64,000 nucleotides of DNA from positions 3,880 to 67,879 of the forward strand of contig JABFSR010000014.1 of the NCBI GenBank assembly GCA_013140495.1. The letters are read 5' to 3'. Position numbers and translations under genes: made by a program. Origin of the DNA: Verrucomicrobiota bacterium. Lineage in GTDB: Bacteria; Verrucomicrobiota; Verrucomicrobiia; Limisphaerales; JADLHS01. Below, piece by piece: positions 19,487 through 32,755 of this stretch. How positions within the stretch are numbered: the stretch's first letter is position 1; each line of letters begins with the position of its first letter. The notes below the pieces were generated by a model. That model did no database searches. It worked only from the letters and a program-made list of their open reading frames with translations, and was not told the origin of the DNA.

Positions 19487-22023
19487 TTGGGAATGATTCC
19501 CTCGCGCATCAGTTCCTCACCTGTGAACGATTTGCCTTCTTGCGTCAATGCCGCGCGCCCCGGTGCGGGATTCAGTTCGCGCACGGTGTAGCGCTTCGTT
19601 ACATCAAGGCCCTGCGGGCGCACGGATTGCGCTGCGCCATCTTTCAATTGGAACATAAACAACGCCGCCTTACACTGGTCCGGGGAAACGTAGTTCAGCG
19701 CGCCGCGTTTGGCGTCGTGTGGTCGCTCTAAGCGATACAAATCACCGAGATGCACCACATCGCGGATGCGTTTGTAAGCGGCGATGGCCCCGGCACAGAT
19801 AGCTTTGTCTTCCGCCGACAGCTTCACGAGATCGAGGTCAATGCCGTAACGCGCGCTCATCGCCACACTGCACGCGAAGTGCATCGGGCGATGTCCCCAA
19901 TGTGTCACGTGACTCGCCATGCTGATGGCGGGGAAAAAGTAGGAGTAATCCCATTGCATCGGGATGCGCACGGCTGGGTCGGTGTTATCGCTTGGCCAGA
20001 ATTCATGGAAGTATTTCAGCGCGCCATAATCCACGCGCCCGCCGCCGCCCGAGCACAGCATCAATTCGATGTGCGGAAATTTCTTCGCTGTCTGGTCCAT
20101 TAAGTTGTACAGCGCATGTGTGTAATCAATCCACAGGTGCGACTGGCGCTCCGGTTTCAACCACGACGAACCCGGCTGCGTGAGGTAGCGATTGCAATCC
20201 CACTTCGCATACGCGATGCCCGGCACGCCAAGCACATTTTGAATAACCTGCCACTCGAACTTCTGCACCTCGGGACGCGTGAGATCGAGCACGAGTTGAT
20301 TGCGCTGCAATTCCAGCTCCCGTTTCGGCTGGCGGATGACCCAGTCGGGATGTTTCTCGAACAACTCGCTCTTGGGATTTACCATCTCCGGCTCGATCCA
20401 GATGCCGAATTGCAGACCGCGCCTGCTGGCTTCGGTGGCCAGCGGCGCGAGACCTTTCGGCAAACGCTTCCAGTTCGGCGACCAATCGCCGAGGCCAGCA
20501 TTGTCACTGAGGCGCGGATACTTGTTTGCGAACCAACCATCGTCCAACAGGAACAACTCTGTGCCGATCTCCTTCGCCGGATCGTAGAGGCTGACAATAC
20601 GATTGAAATCAAAGTCAAAGCCTGTTGCCTCCCAGTTGTTCAGCAACACCGTCCGCGGCTGAATGCCATCACGCAGCGCATACTGCCGCGCCCAGCGATG
20701 TAACTTGCGGCTCATGTCGCCGAGACCGTGATCACTCCACGCCCATATCATTGTTGGGGTGGAGAACTTCTCGCCGGACTTCAAGTGATACGCAGAAGCG
20801 AAAGGATTGATGCCGCACACCGCGCGCAATCCGGTGGCGAAATTGTCGAATGCAAACCGGAAACTCCCTGACCACGCGAGCGACCCCGCCAGCACGCGAC
20901 CGCTGTTTTCCTGTGGTGCACCATCGAGCGACAGCACGAACGAAGGATTGCGGAACTGATGCGCCCGCACGCCGATTTTGGAATCGAGAACTTTTGTCCC
21001 GGGATTCAGCGGCTCGACGAATGGTTGCATCTCCTTCGCCCAGTCGCCGAAGAAGTGCAGCAGACTCACATTGGTTGGCGCGAACAGCAGCGAACTCGAC
21101 GCCATCTGCTCCAACGTCGCCTCACCACGTTCGCGATGTTGAATCTCCGTCCATTGCTCGATGACATCCTGCTCGCGATACGTGCGGAAGCAGAGCGCGA
21201 CTTCAAACGGATAAGCCGCGTCGCGTAACTGGATACGGACCACTTCGCGGCCTTCCCCGTCCGGCGTGCGCGTCAGGCGGTCGAAAAGCAATGCGGTGGA
21301 CGTGTTGCCATCAGCGTGAACGACCTGCAACGCTGGTTCCCAGATGTAGCCATCGCCTGCTTGCGGATAGCCCTCATCGTTCCGCGTCAATTTGCCCGAG
21401 TCGCCGCCGATGGCGTGTTGCTGCAACCGTCCGTCATCACCCACCAGGAAACTCAGGGCAAAAGTCTTCGTTTGCAGGGCGATGGTTTCGTAAGGAGAAA
21501 GGGCAGCCGGTTTGGCCGCGCCATCCACCATGACAATCTGCGCGTCCGCCCAGTCCGCGTGGTCGTTGCTCCCGCCATCACCCGCTTCCGTCGCCCGCAA
21601 GGTCAGGACTTTCACGCCCGCCAGCGCGACGTCCACTTGCTTTGCCGGTTGCCCGGCTTTCATCACGCCGCTGCGCCAGAGTTCCTTGCTGTCGCCGCTG
21701 ACAATGAATTCCACACTGCCCGGCGCGCTGGCGCTGTCGTTTACGCCGACTTGGGCGGTGAACCGCTTCGCGTTCCCCCCAAGCTCAACGCGCAGCTTGC
21801 TGTTCGCGTGCGTACCGAGGCCGGTGGCAAACTTCCGGCCGGCGATGACCAATGGCCCGCCCCCGATGGCGTGGTCCGCCTTCGGCTCACTCCAGCCGCA
21901 GGTCATCAGTTTCAAATCCAACGAGCTGAGCGGGACGGATTCTGCCCACAGCGAACCCGCACTGCTCAACAACGCGAGCAGCACGCCACCTTTCAAACCG
22001 GAGAGTCTCATGGAGTCAAACAT
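19441..22023 (-). CDS. Alpha-galactosidase, GH36, with an N-terminal NPCBM carbohydrate-binding module
   Basis: NPCBM-like segment: LSSLDLKLMTCGWSEPKADHAIGGGPLVIAGRKFATGLGTHANSKLRVELGGNAKRFTAQVGVNDSA..GSVEFIV. GH36 core: LLNNWEATGFDFDFNRIV, FLLDDGWF, YAKWDCNR. Signal peptide MFDSMRLSGLKGGVLLALLSSAGSLWA. Confidence 0.85.
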   Translation of the reverse strand: MFDSMRLSGLKGGVLLALLSSAGSLWAESVPLSSLDLKLMTCGWSEPKADHAIGGGPLVIAGRKFATGLGTHANSKLRVELGGNAKRFTAQVGVNDSASAPGSVEFIVSGDSKELWRSGVMKAGQPAKQVDVALAGVKVLTLRATEAGDGGSNDHADWADAQIVMVDGAAKPAALSPYETIALQTKTFALSFLVGDDGRLQQHAIGGDSGKLTRNDEGYPQAGDGYIWEPALQVVHADGNTSTALLFDRLTRTPDGEGREVVRIQLRDAAYPFEVALCFRTYREQDVIEQWTEIQHRERGEATLEQMASSSLLFAPTNVSLLHFFGDWAKEMQPFVEPLNPGTKVLDSKIGVRAHQFRNPSFVLSLDGAPQENSGRVLAGSLAWSGSFRFAFDNFATGLRAVCGINPFASAYHLKSGEKFSTPTMIWAWSDHGLGDMSRKLHRWARQYALRDGIQPRTVLLNNWEATGFDFDFNRIVSLYDPAKEIGTELFLLDDGWFANKYPRLSDNAGLGDWSPNWKRLPKGLAPLATEASRRGLQFGIWIEPEMVNPKSELFEKHPDWVIRQPKRELELQRNQLVLDLTRPEVQKFEWQVIQNVLGVPGIAYAKWDCNRYLTQPGSSWLKPERQSHLWIDYTHALYNLMDQTAKKFPHIELMLCSGGGGRVDYGALKYFHEFWPSDNTDPAVRIPMQWDYSYFFPAISMASHVTHWGHRPMHFACSVAMSARYGIDLDLVKLSAEDKAICAGAIAAYKRIRDVVHLGDLYRLERPHDAKRGALNYVSPDQCKAALFMFQLKDGAAQSVRPQGLDVTKRYTVRELNPAPGRAALTQEGKSFTGEELMREGIIPNCVKGLEACVVELAP

Positions 22024-22107
22024 GCCAAAAAGAAAACGAATCTGTCGTGCAAAATTATTCAGCGAATAAATCTTAACAGCAAAAGCGCAGCTCTTGTGTC
22101 GTTCCCC

Positions 22108-22986
22108 TTATGCGCCAACCCGCAGACAAATCTGCCAGGTGACGGAATCCAACGCGGCCACCGTGCCGCAACACTGACGGGCGGCGGCCAGGGTCAGCGT
22201 ATCCGCAGCGCTGTTCGTCGGCTCCAGGGCGAAGTGTTCATGCCCGTGCCAGCCACCCCGCGTCAGCCACACGCCCAGCGTGTTGTTCTCGGCTGGCGTC
22301 CACTCGAAATCCAGGCGCTCGCCGGTGTTGACGTTGCGGAGGGTGGCGCATCCCTCCGTTACAGGCGTGGCGAAAATCTTGGCGCAATCGCCCTCGGGCG
22401 TTGCCGCGGCCAGATCATCCACCCACGTGTCGCCGTTCAGCAGGCTGCGGGTGGAGGGCGGCAGTTCCAGTTGATCGCCGGGGTGCAGGCGTAACAGCGG
22501 ATGCATGGCCCAGAGGAAATGCTCGTTGCTGGAACCATGGTTGCGCAGCCGATAGCCGAGATGGATTTCGTGCTCGCGCAATTCAATCGTGCGTTCGAGC
22601 GCGAAGGGCGAAGTTTTTAATACCGCGAAGGTTTTCAGTATCCCGTGTTCTTTGGCCGCGTCATCCACCTGCCACGGAATGCTCCAGACCTCGCCATGAT
22701 CCGGAAGCTGCCGGCCCTGCCAGACGCACGGGGCAATCGTGGGAAAACATTCATCCATGCCCACCAGCGGGCTGTCGGCAAAATCATCCCCCGGACGATT
22801 GCGAAACAACTTTAATCCCCCCGGGGGATGCCACATCCATTCGCGCCCGGTGCGCAGGTTTTTCAGCGAGATGATCTTGGCGCCGAGTTCCGGAACGATC
22901 ACGACCTCGACTTCTTGATTACCGAGCGCATACAGGTCGAATCCCTGTTCGTGCCGCACTTCGATGCTGTTGCTGATGGTGTTCAT
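22108..22986 (-). CDS. Aldose-1-epimerase (galactose mutarotase)-like fold protein
   Basis: Trimmed to MNTISNSIEVRHEQGFDLYALGN (ATG 22986, 1 nt after the upstream stop). LGAKIISLKNLRTGREWMW...MDECFPTIAPC...LPDHGEVWSIPW resembles mutarotase-like proteins. Call is from memory plus context. Confidence 0.5.
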   Translation of the reverse strand: MNTISNSIEVRHEQGFDLYALGNQEVEVVIVPELGAKIISLKNLRTGREWMWHPPGGLKLFRNRPGDDFADSPLVGMDECFPTIAPCVWQGRQLPDHGEVWSIPWQVDDAAKEHGILKTFAVLKTSPFALERTIELREHEIHLGYRLRNHGSSNEHFLWAMHPLLRLHPGDQLELPPSTRSLLNGDTWVDDLAAATPEGDCAKIFATPVTEGCATLRNVNTGERLDFEWTPAENNTLGVWLTRGGWHGHEHFALEPTNSAADTLTLAAARQCCGTVAALDSVTWQICLRVGA

Positions 22987-22987
22987 T

Positions 22988-26425
<3,438 letters not shown>

Positions 26426-27847
26426 TTAATCCACCAACTCGCGTTCAATTTGCTCCAGCGATTTGCCCTTGGTTTCGGGCAGCTTGAAAAACACAAACAC
26501 AAATCCCGCGACACAAATCACCGCGTAGAGCCAGAATGTTCCCGCCGAGCCGAGCTTGGCGTTCAAAATTGGAAACGTGTAGGTTAGCAGGAAACATGCG
26601 ATCCAGAGCGCGGACACCGCCACGGACATTGCCGCGCCACGAATGCGATTCGGGAAAATTTCCGAGATGACGACCCACGCGACCGGCGCGAGAGACATCG
26701 CGTAACAAGCGATTGCCGCCAGCACCAACAGCAGCATCGGCAGTCCTTGGACGCCGCCTGCGTAGCAACAACCCATCGCAATATAGATGACGGCCAGCGC
26801 CGCCGAGCCGAACAACATCAGCGGTCGCCGCCCACCGCGATCCACCACGCCGAGTGCGACAAAGGTGAATGCGAGATTCACCGAGCCAGTCCACGCGATG
26901 TTTTTCAGCACGGAAGAAATGTCGTAGCCAGCGGCGCGGAAAATTTCCTCGGAGTAGTTGAAGATGACATTGATGCCGCACCATTGCTGGAACACGGCGA
27001 GAACGATTCCGAGGATGAGAACTTTCCGCAACTTAGGATCAAACAAGTCAGTGAAGCTCCCGCGCTGAGTTTGTTCGCTGGCCAAGGTGGATTCAATGTC
27101 AGCGACGGCGGCGTTCGCGTAACTTGCGCCGCCGATTTTCGTCAAGATGGCGCGGGCGCGATCAGGTTTGCCGTTCTTCGCGAGCCAGCGCGGGCTTTCC
27201 GGCACGAGAAACATGCCGATGAAAAACAGAAACGCTGGCGCGGCGGTGAGACCGAACATCCAGCGCCAGCCTTGCTGACCGAACCAAGAAGTGCGGATGA
27301 ATTCGTCGGTCGCGCCTTGTGGCAGATTGCGGACGAGATACCAGTTGATGTATTGCGCGAGCAAGATGCCGACGACGATGGTGAGTTGATTGATCGAAAC
27401 CAGCTTCCCGCGAATCTGCGCCGGGGCAACCTCGGCGATATACATCGGCGACAAATTGGACGCGAGGCCGATGGCGACGCCGCCGAAAATGCGCCACGCG
27501 ATGAAGATGGTGAAGTTGTTCGCCAACGCGTTCCCGATGGAAGTCACCGCGAAGATCAAAGCGGCGACGATGAGCAGTCGCTTACGACCAAACTTGTCGC
27601 TGAGCGCGCCTGCGATCAGTGCGCCGACGAGACACCCGATGAGCGCGCAACTATTCGCCCAGCCGATTTGCGCTTCAGTGGTCAGTTCAAAATATCTTTG
27701 GAAGAACGGCTTCGCACCACCGATGACGACCCAGTCCCACCCAAACAAGAGGCCGCCCATCGCCGCGACGCTGGAGATGAGCCAGACGTAGCCGAGGTTG
27801 TAGTTGGCTTTGAGATTCGATGTTTCAGTTTGCGTGGCAGTAATCAT
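26426..27847 (-). CDS. MFS sugar porter (sugar:H+ symporter family)
   Basis: GGLLFGWDWVVIGGAKPFF, GRKRLLI and VPESPRWLAKNGK are sugar-porter signatures. 12 predicted TMs, 473 aa. Confidence 0.85.
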   Translation of the reverse strand: MITATQTETSNLKANYNLGYVWLISSVAAMGGLLFGWDWVVIGGAKPFFQRYFELTTEAQIGWANSCALIGCLVGALIAGALSDKFGRKRLLIVAALIFAVTSIGNALANNFTIFIAWRIFGGVAIGLASNLSPMYIAEVAPAQIRGKLVSINQLTIVVGILLAQYINWYLVRNLPQGATDEFIRTSWFGQQGWRWMFGLTAAPAFLFFIGMFLVPESPRWLAKNGKPDRARAILTKIGGASYANAAVADIESTLASEQTQRGSFTDLFDPKLRKVLILGIVLAVFQQWCGINVIFNYSEEIFRAAGYDISSVLKNIAWTGSVNLAFTFVALGVVDRGGRRPLMLFGSAALAVIYIAMGCCYAGGVQGLPMLLLVLAAIACYAMSLAPVAWVVISEIFPNRIRGAAMSVAVSALWIACFLLTYTFPILNAKLGSAGTFWLYAVICVAGFVFVFFKLPETKGKSLEQIERELVD

Positions 27848-27869
27848 GTCGTGCGATGAAATGTTTTGG

Positions 27870-30800
27870 TCACGGAAAAATCAACCGGAAGAACACGCTT
27901 TGATTGATTGTGTTGACGGGAACGCTCCAGCGATTGGTTGCTTCCGCGCCAGCCACATTCCACCAGTTCGTGCCAAGTCCGGTGTTGAGATTGTTTGTTT
28001 GCGATTGAAGCCGCCAACCCGTGTGATCTGCTGGCCAGTTCAAAGTCAGGCTTGTGCTGTTCCATTCCAGATCAATGTTCGTCGGGGTCAGATTCACGGT
28101 TTGCATCACGGCGATGCTTCCATCTGTCGCCAGCTTGTTTGTCCACGCCAGCCCAGCACCGAGCGCGGGTAAAGTCACCGTGCTAAATGTTCCCGTACCC
28201 GGTTTGCTGAACAACTTGAAGCTATTTCCTGCCACCAATGCCGGCCCCGTATTTGAAACCGTCAAAGTGCTGCCGAAAGCCAGTGCGTTGACGACGACGA
28301 TCACATCATTTGAAGGCGAATTCGCCCGGTTCAATTGCATCGCAGTTGTCCCGGCCAGAGTGAGGTTTCCATTGACCGTCAGCGTGCCGAGATTCAAGCC
28401 GCCCGCCCCAGGTTCAAGAAATCCACCCGATTGCACGCTGACATTGCGATTGATTGTGCCAGTGCCGCCAAAGTGCCCGCCGGATTGCACCGTCACTGGA
28501 AAACCCGAAGCCCCAATCGAACCGGGACTGTTGAGCAACAGTGTCCCCCCGCTGATAATCGCCTCGCCTTGAAAGAGGTTGGCGGCGGTCAGAAGCATTG
28601 TTCCGTTTCCAGTTTTAACCAGTGTGCCCCAGTTCCCGTATTCCCAATATGAATGCGTCAAAACCGCTGGCACTAACAAATCAATTCCATTGGTCGCACC
28701 CTGAGTCACATTGAACACGGTTGAATCCCTTAGCTCGATCTGTGAGAACTCGTTGACCATGCTGTTGTTGGTAATCACAGAAGTCTGCGCGTTGCTCAAC
28801 ACTGTCACTCCACCCGACAAAACCCAACTTTGATAACTGGCGCTGTTGCCGCCCGATGACGACAAAATGCCGCCTTCGAGCGTCACCGCCCCTACCGGAT
28901 TGTATGAAGTGGTTTCCGCCGTAGAACCCGGACCGACATAAAGTCCTTGGTTAGGATTGCTGACCCAGATCCCAAAGACATACTGATCGGCGAATACAAG
29001 TTTGCCAGACCCAATCTGCTTGAGCGTGCCCGGACCGCCTCGAAGTGCCGGATACCCACCCAAAAAGCTTGGTGGCGCGTAGGTGTCGCTACGGTTAAAT
29101 ACCAACGTCGCGTTATTTGTTACAGAACCGCCTCCGATTCTTCCGCTCGTCCCGCCATCGCCGATTTGCAAGCTTCCTGCGTTGATGGTCGTTGATCCCG
29201 TATAGTCATTATCCGTTGCGAGTATCAATTTACCGGCTCCAGTTTTGGTGAGTGCCGTTGCACCTCCCGATATTCCGCCACTGCCTACGATCTTGTAGTC
29301 CTTGGATACATTGCTTGCCGTGAGACTGGCTGGGGACATCCATTGGCTGGCCGTTACGACAATTGGCGAAACTCCGCTGGCGGTGTCGTCCAAAACGACC
29401 GCCGTTCCGTCGTAATAAACCGCGTTCGACCCGGAAAAATCTTTCCATGCACCCGGACTGAGCCAATCCGCGTTTCCGACCGCCCATTTCACTGGCGAAA
29501 GGTTAGTTGATAGAACCGCGCTGTTCGTCACGCTCCCGCTGCCTCCCGTTACGACCACTGAATAAACTCCCGCGTCGCTCAGATTTGCCGGATTAAACGA
29601 AATCGTATTCGCGTTTTGCCCAGCGACCGTTGTCCCGTTTTTCTTCCACACATAGCTGAAGGGCGGAGTCCCTGATGCGACGGTGGTGAAAGTTGCCGGG
29701 CTGCCGACGACGAGTGTCTGATTGGTTGGGCCGGTTGCGCTGGTGCTGCCCGAACCTAATCGAAATAACTTGGCCTGCTTTGCGCCCAAACTCACACTCC
29801 ACGCCGTGCCGCTGACGGTGGACACCGCACCGCTCCACAAATCCACGGCGGTGTAAGTTCCCGAAATCCCCAACCGAGCCAGATTGAGGTTCTTGGTCGC
29901 GCTGAATATCGTGTTGTAATTAAATACTGCCACATACCAAGTACCGCCATCCTGCCGGACGAAAACATCGCTGGCGTTCGCGCCAGTGTTGCCCTCCACC
30001 GGGCGGAATGAAATACCAGCGCGGGCGACTTCATTTATGCTGGCGCGCGTCAGACAATTCTGCGCCAACGCCTGTCCGGCAGATGAAGCGAGGTCGTCAC
30101 TGTTGAGAAAAACCGTGCCGCTGATGGCGCAATTGATCAGGCGACTTTGGTTTTCGTTCGCAGTTGCACCGGCGAATTTCATCATGTCGGGATCGTTAAA
30201 TTGATACAGCCGTCCGTGCAGCCACCAGCCGTAATTCACGGCTTGCATCGTGTCGTGGGTGTCGTTGATGGAGCTAGCGGCGTCGCAATAGATGCGGCGT
30301 GAATGCGCGTAGCGATACGGAAACAGCGGGGCGATGGACGCGCTAAGGAACATGCGACCGTTGTTCTGCGTGACGAGGTATTGCATTCCTTGGTTGAACG
30401 CTTGGATGCCCGTGGTGACATTAGTGTCGTAATGCACACCTTCGATCGCGCCATGCGAAAGGAAATCCATCTTCAGATAATCAAAGCCGCGCGTGCGGAA
30501 ATAGTTCATCAGATACGCGGTCATCTGTTTGACGCCCGGATGCGTGGGGTCGAGTGCGATGGCACCGTTGTGGGACAGGATGTCGCCGTTCGGTGCGCGT
30601 AGATACGCGTGGCTCCAGCGGTAGGTGCCGCTGCCGGTCATGAAGGTATTCGAGCCTTGTGGGGCCGTGCCCCAATAAACAAAGGGCGAATGATAGATAC
30701 CGGCGCGCTGGCCGTTGCTGTGGCACAGGCTGGTGAACTGCACCAATTGTGCGTCACTGAAATTGTCCCAGTACGAATCCAGATTGATGTACGCCACGCC

Positions 30801-31787
30801 TTGGTTATGAAAGTGGTTCGACTGGAGATTGGTTTTGATGAACCACGAAGCCGCCGAGGCGTTGGAGAGATTCACGCCCGACGTGTAGGCATACCAACTA
30901 TTCCAGCCAAAGGGCACGCTGCCATTCCATGTGAGCTTGGGCGCGATGGCGGCGTTCGTGTCGCCGTAAGCTTCCATCACAGTGCGCCAATCACTGCCGA
31001 ATCCGACGAAAACTGTCGGCGAAGAAATCGTGTTGCCCTTCACCAAACCATGTGGCTCGACATCGCGCGTGTCGCTTGAAGTGACGCCGCCATAAACATT
31101 GAGTACGTTCAACTTGTTGTTTGCGCCTTGGAAATAAACGCCCGTCTTCCAAGTGTCGTGCGTCACCGAACCGACCACGAGGCCGTTACGCGACGTGTTG
31201 TCGTAAAACGCGCCGACCTCGTAGCTCGTGCTCGTGTTGTTGATCGGCATGGCGTTGTAGCTGAAGGTGAATGAGTCGTTATCGAACGGCACGGTGAGGG
31301 CACGGTTGTCATTGGCACTGCCGAGGTCCACACCGCCAACCTGATCCATGACCACCGGCCCCATCCATCGCGATTGCAGCCCGTTCCCCACCACCTCCAA
31401 GCGCGTCAGAAAACTGTCGTCATTCGCGAGGATGAAAACCTGTTTCATCGTCGGCAGTCCGCCGGACGTCGAAATCACTTCCACCGTGTTGCTCGTCACC
31501 GTCCACGAACGATTGGTGTAAACCGGGCCGGTGACGTAGTTCGTCAGCACGCCGCTGTCATACAGACCGAACCCGGCGTAGAAGCCTGCGATTTTGCGGC
31601 TGTTCTGCCACAGGAAATCCGCGCGCCCCGTGCTCAAATCGTATTCGAGCCGGACGTTGCCATTGGTCATCTTGAGAAAATTCCCCACTTGCACAGGCGG
31701 TAACAGCGGCCCGGCATCTCCCGGCGAAACAGACCAGACACTCACGAGTATCCATAAAGGGCCTCTGAAAATTCTCATGGGTGCCAT
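27870..31787 (-). CDS. Giant secreted fusion protein: clan GH-D alpha-galactosidase-like catalytic region + Ig-like domain + autotransporter-associated beta-strand repeats + C-terminal FFRL tail
   Basis: Catalytic region: VPFGWNSWYAYTS, INLDSYWD, GFDYLKMDFLSHG (GH27/36-like). Ig I-set-like: TNQTLVVGSPATFTTVASGTPPFSYVWKKNGTTVAG...SDAGVYSVVV. PATR repeats: LTKTGAGKLILATDNDYTGSTTINAGSLQIG. C-terminus: LTLNWPADHTGWRLQSQTNNL...SVFFRLIFP. Confidence 0.75.
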   Translation of the reverse strand: MAPMRIFRGPLWILVSVWSVSPGDAGPLLPPVQVGNFLKMTNGNVRLEYDLSTGRADFLWQNSRKIAGFYAGFGLYDSGVLTNYVTGPVYTNRSWTVTSNTVEVISTSGGLPTMKQVFILANDDSFLTRLEVVGNGLQSRWMGPVVMDQVGGVDLGSANDNRALTVPFDNDSFTFSYNAMPINNTSTSYEVGAFYDNTSRNGLVVGSVTHDTWKTGVYFQGANNKLNVLNVYGGVTSSDTRDVEPHGLVKGNTISSPTVFVGFGSDWRTVMEAYGDTNAAIAPKLTWNGSVPFGWNSWYAYTSGVNLSNASAASWFIKTNLQSNHFHNQGVAYINLDSYWDNFSDAQLVQFTSLCHSNGQRAGIYHSPFVYWGTAPQGSNTFMTGSGTYRWSHAYLRAPNGDILSHNGAIALDPTHPGVKQMTAYLMNYFRTRGFDYLKMDFLSHGAIEGVHYDTNVTTGIQAFNQGMQYLVTQNNGRMFLSASIAPLFPYRYAHSRRIYCDAASSINDTHDTMQAVNYGWWLHGRLYQFNDPDMMKFAGATANENQSRLINCAISGTVFLNSDDLASSAGQALAQNCLTRASINEVARAGISFRPVEGNTGANASDVFVRQDGGTWYVAVFNYNTIFSATKNLNLARLGISGTYTAVDLWSGAVSTVSGTAWSVSLGAKQAKLFRLGSGSTSATGPTNQTLVVGSPATFTTVASGTPPFSYVWKKNGTTVAGQNANTISFNPANLSDAGVYSVVVTGGSGSVTNSAVLSTNLSPVKWAVGNADWLSPGAWKDFSGSNAVYYDGTAVVLDDTASGVSPIVVTASQWMSPASLTASNVSKDYKIVGSGGISGGATALTKTGAGKLILATDNDYTGSTTINAGSLQIGDGGTSGRIGGGSVTNNATLVFNRSDTYAPPSFLGGYPALRGGPGTLKQIGSGKLVFADQYVFGIWVSNPNQGLYVGPGSTAETTSYNPVGAVTLEGGILSSSGGNSASYQSWVLSGGVTVLSNAQTSVITNNSMVNEFSQIELRDSTVFNVTQGATNGIDLLVPAVLTHSYWEYGNWGTLVKTGNGTMLLTAANLFQGEAIISGGTLLLNSPGSIGASGFPVTVQSGGHFGGTGTINRNVSVQSGGFLEPGAGGLNLGTLTVNGNLTLAGTTAMQLNRANSPSNDVIVVVNALAFGSTLTVSNTGPALVAGNSFKLFSKPGTGTFSTVTLPALGAGLAWTNKLATDGSIAVMQTVNLTPTNIDLEWNSTSLTLNWPADHTGWRLQSQTNNLNTGLGTNWWNVAGAEATNRWSVPVNTINQSVFFRLIFP

Positions 31788-31847
31788 GCATGAACGGGAT
31801 TTGAATCGCGCAAGAAACTGATCGTGAATTTCAGCATGAAATCGGAA

Positions 31848-32675
31848 TCATGGCGGACGAACCGTGGGAGTCTTCCAGTTCTGATGCCAATAAAGACTCC
31901 ACAATGATTCTAGTTTGGTTACCTCTACATGGCCATCAGTAAATCCAATAACAATCGAGCCAGGCAATGGTTGTCCCAGCGGAACAGAACGCGGTGCGAC
32001 ACCTGCAGCTTTTGATCCATGCCGGGCAATGGTTATGCGTTGCATGCCCTCCTTTGAAGGATCTCCGGTGTAAAGGTTGTGCGGATTTCCGCCCGGCGGG
32101 TCGGTTTCAAGCGGGTCTAGATTGATCCAGGTGCTGTCCATAAAAACCGGTGTCAGCGTTGGATTTTGAAGAACATTCGCGTTCTTTATCAGCCAATCGG
32201 GATGAGCGGCCCCGTTGCCGAGAACCAGATTGGAGTCTGAAGATAACCACTTGTTGAACCCGTAGCTCGAAGAATAAACAGGAGTGGAAAGCGTCCAGTG
32301 CCACGCCTGATCGGCAGTTCCAGCCGGGTTTACCGCTCCGCCCGGATTTCCCTTGTTAGGCGCAACAGGACAAATCAATACGTTGGTGGCTTTTCCGTAA
32401 TAGGCGAGCATAGCCCCCATCCAATCCCCTTGGCTCGACATAGGATTCGGGTCGAGCGGCCCGACCCAAACATGCATCTCATCAACATACATTTGACTGG
32501 CCAGACTGATCTGCTTGAGGTTGTTCACGCAGCTGATTTGTTGCGCCTTTATTTTGGCCCTGGACAAGGCCGGCAGCAGCATTGCTGCGAGAATGGCGAT
32601 GATCGCGATGACCACCAACAACTCAATGAGGGTGAATGCCCGTGTGCCAATACCTGACTGCCGCTTCAATTTCAT
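31848..32675 (-). CDS. Prepilin-type N-terminal cleavage/methylation domain protein (DUF1559-like)
   Basis: [49 protein letters not shown]-terminal region IGFTDGHVE. Confidence 0.8.
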   Translation of the reverse strand: MKLKRQSGIGTRAFTLIELLVVIAIIAILAAMLLPALSRAKIKAQQISCVNNLKQISLASQMYVDEMHVWVGPLDPNPMSSQGDWMGAMLAYYGKATNVLICPVAPNKGNPGGAVNPAGTADQAWHWTLSTPVYSSSYGFNKWLSSDSNLVLGNGAAHPDWLIKNANVLQNPTLTPVFMDSTWINLDPLETDPPGGNPHNLYTGDPSKEGMQRITIARHGSKAAGVAPRSVPLGQPLPGSIVIGFTDGHVEVTKLESLWSLYWHQNWKTPTVRPP

Positions 32676-32755
32676 CTGATCCTTTTATATTCATCAACTC
32701 GAACCACCCTGCCGCCAGCATTACCGCCGGCGGCAGGCAAACCACCGTCGTAACG

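Noticed and set aside
21316-22494. 392-aa + strand ORF spanning the GH36 5' end and the mutarotase-like gene
   Set aside because: It crosses an intergenic region, is antisense to two well-supported genes, and has no recognisable domain.
26747-27859. 370-aa + strand ORF
   Set aside because: Antisense shadow of the MFS sugar porter. Its hydrophilic, Arg/Asp-rich sequence is incompatible with being the real product.
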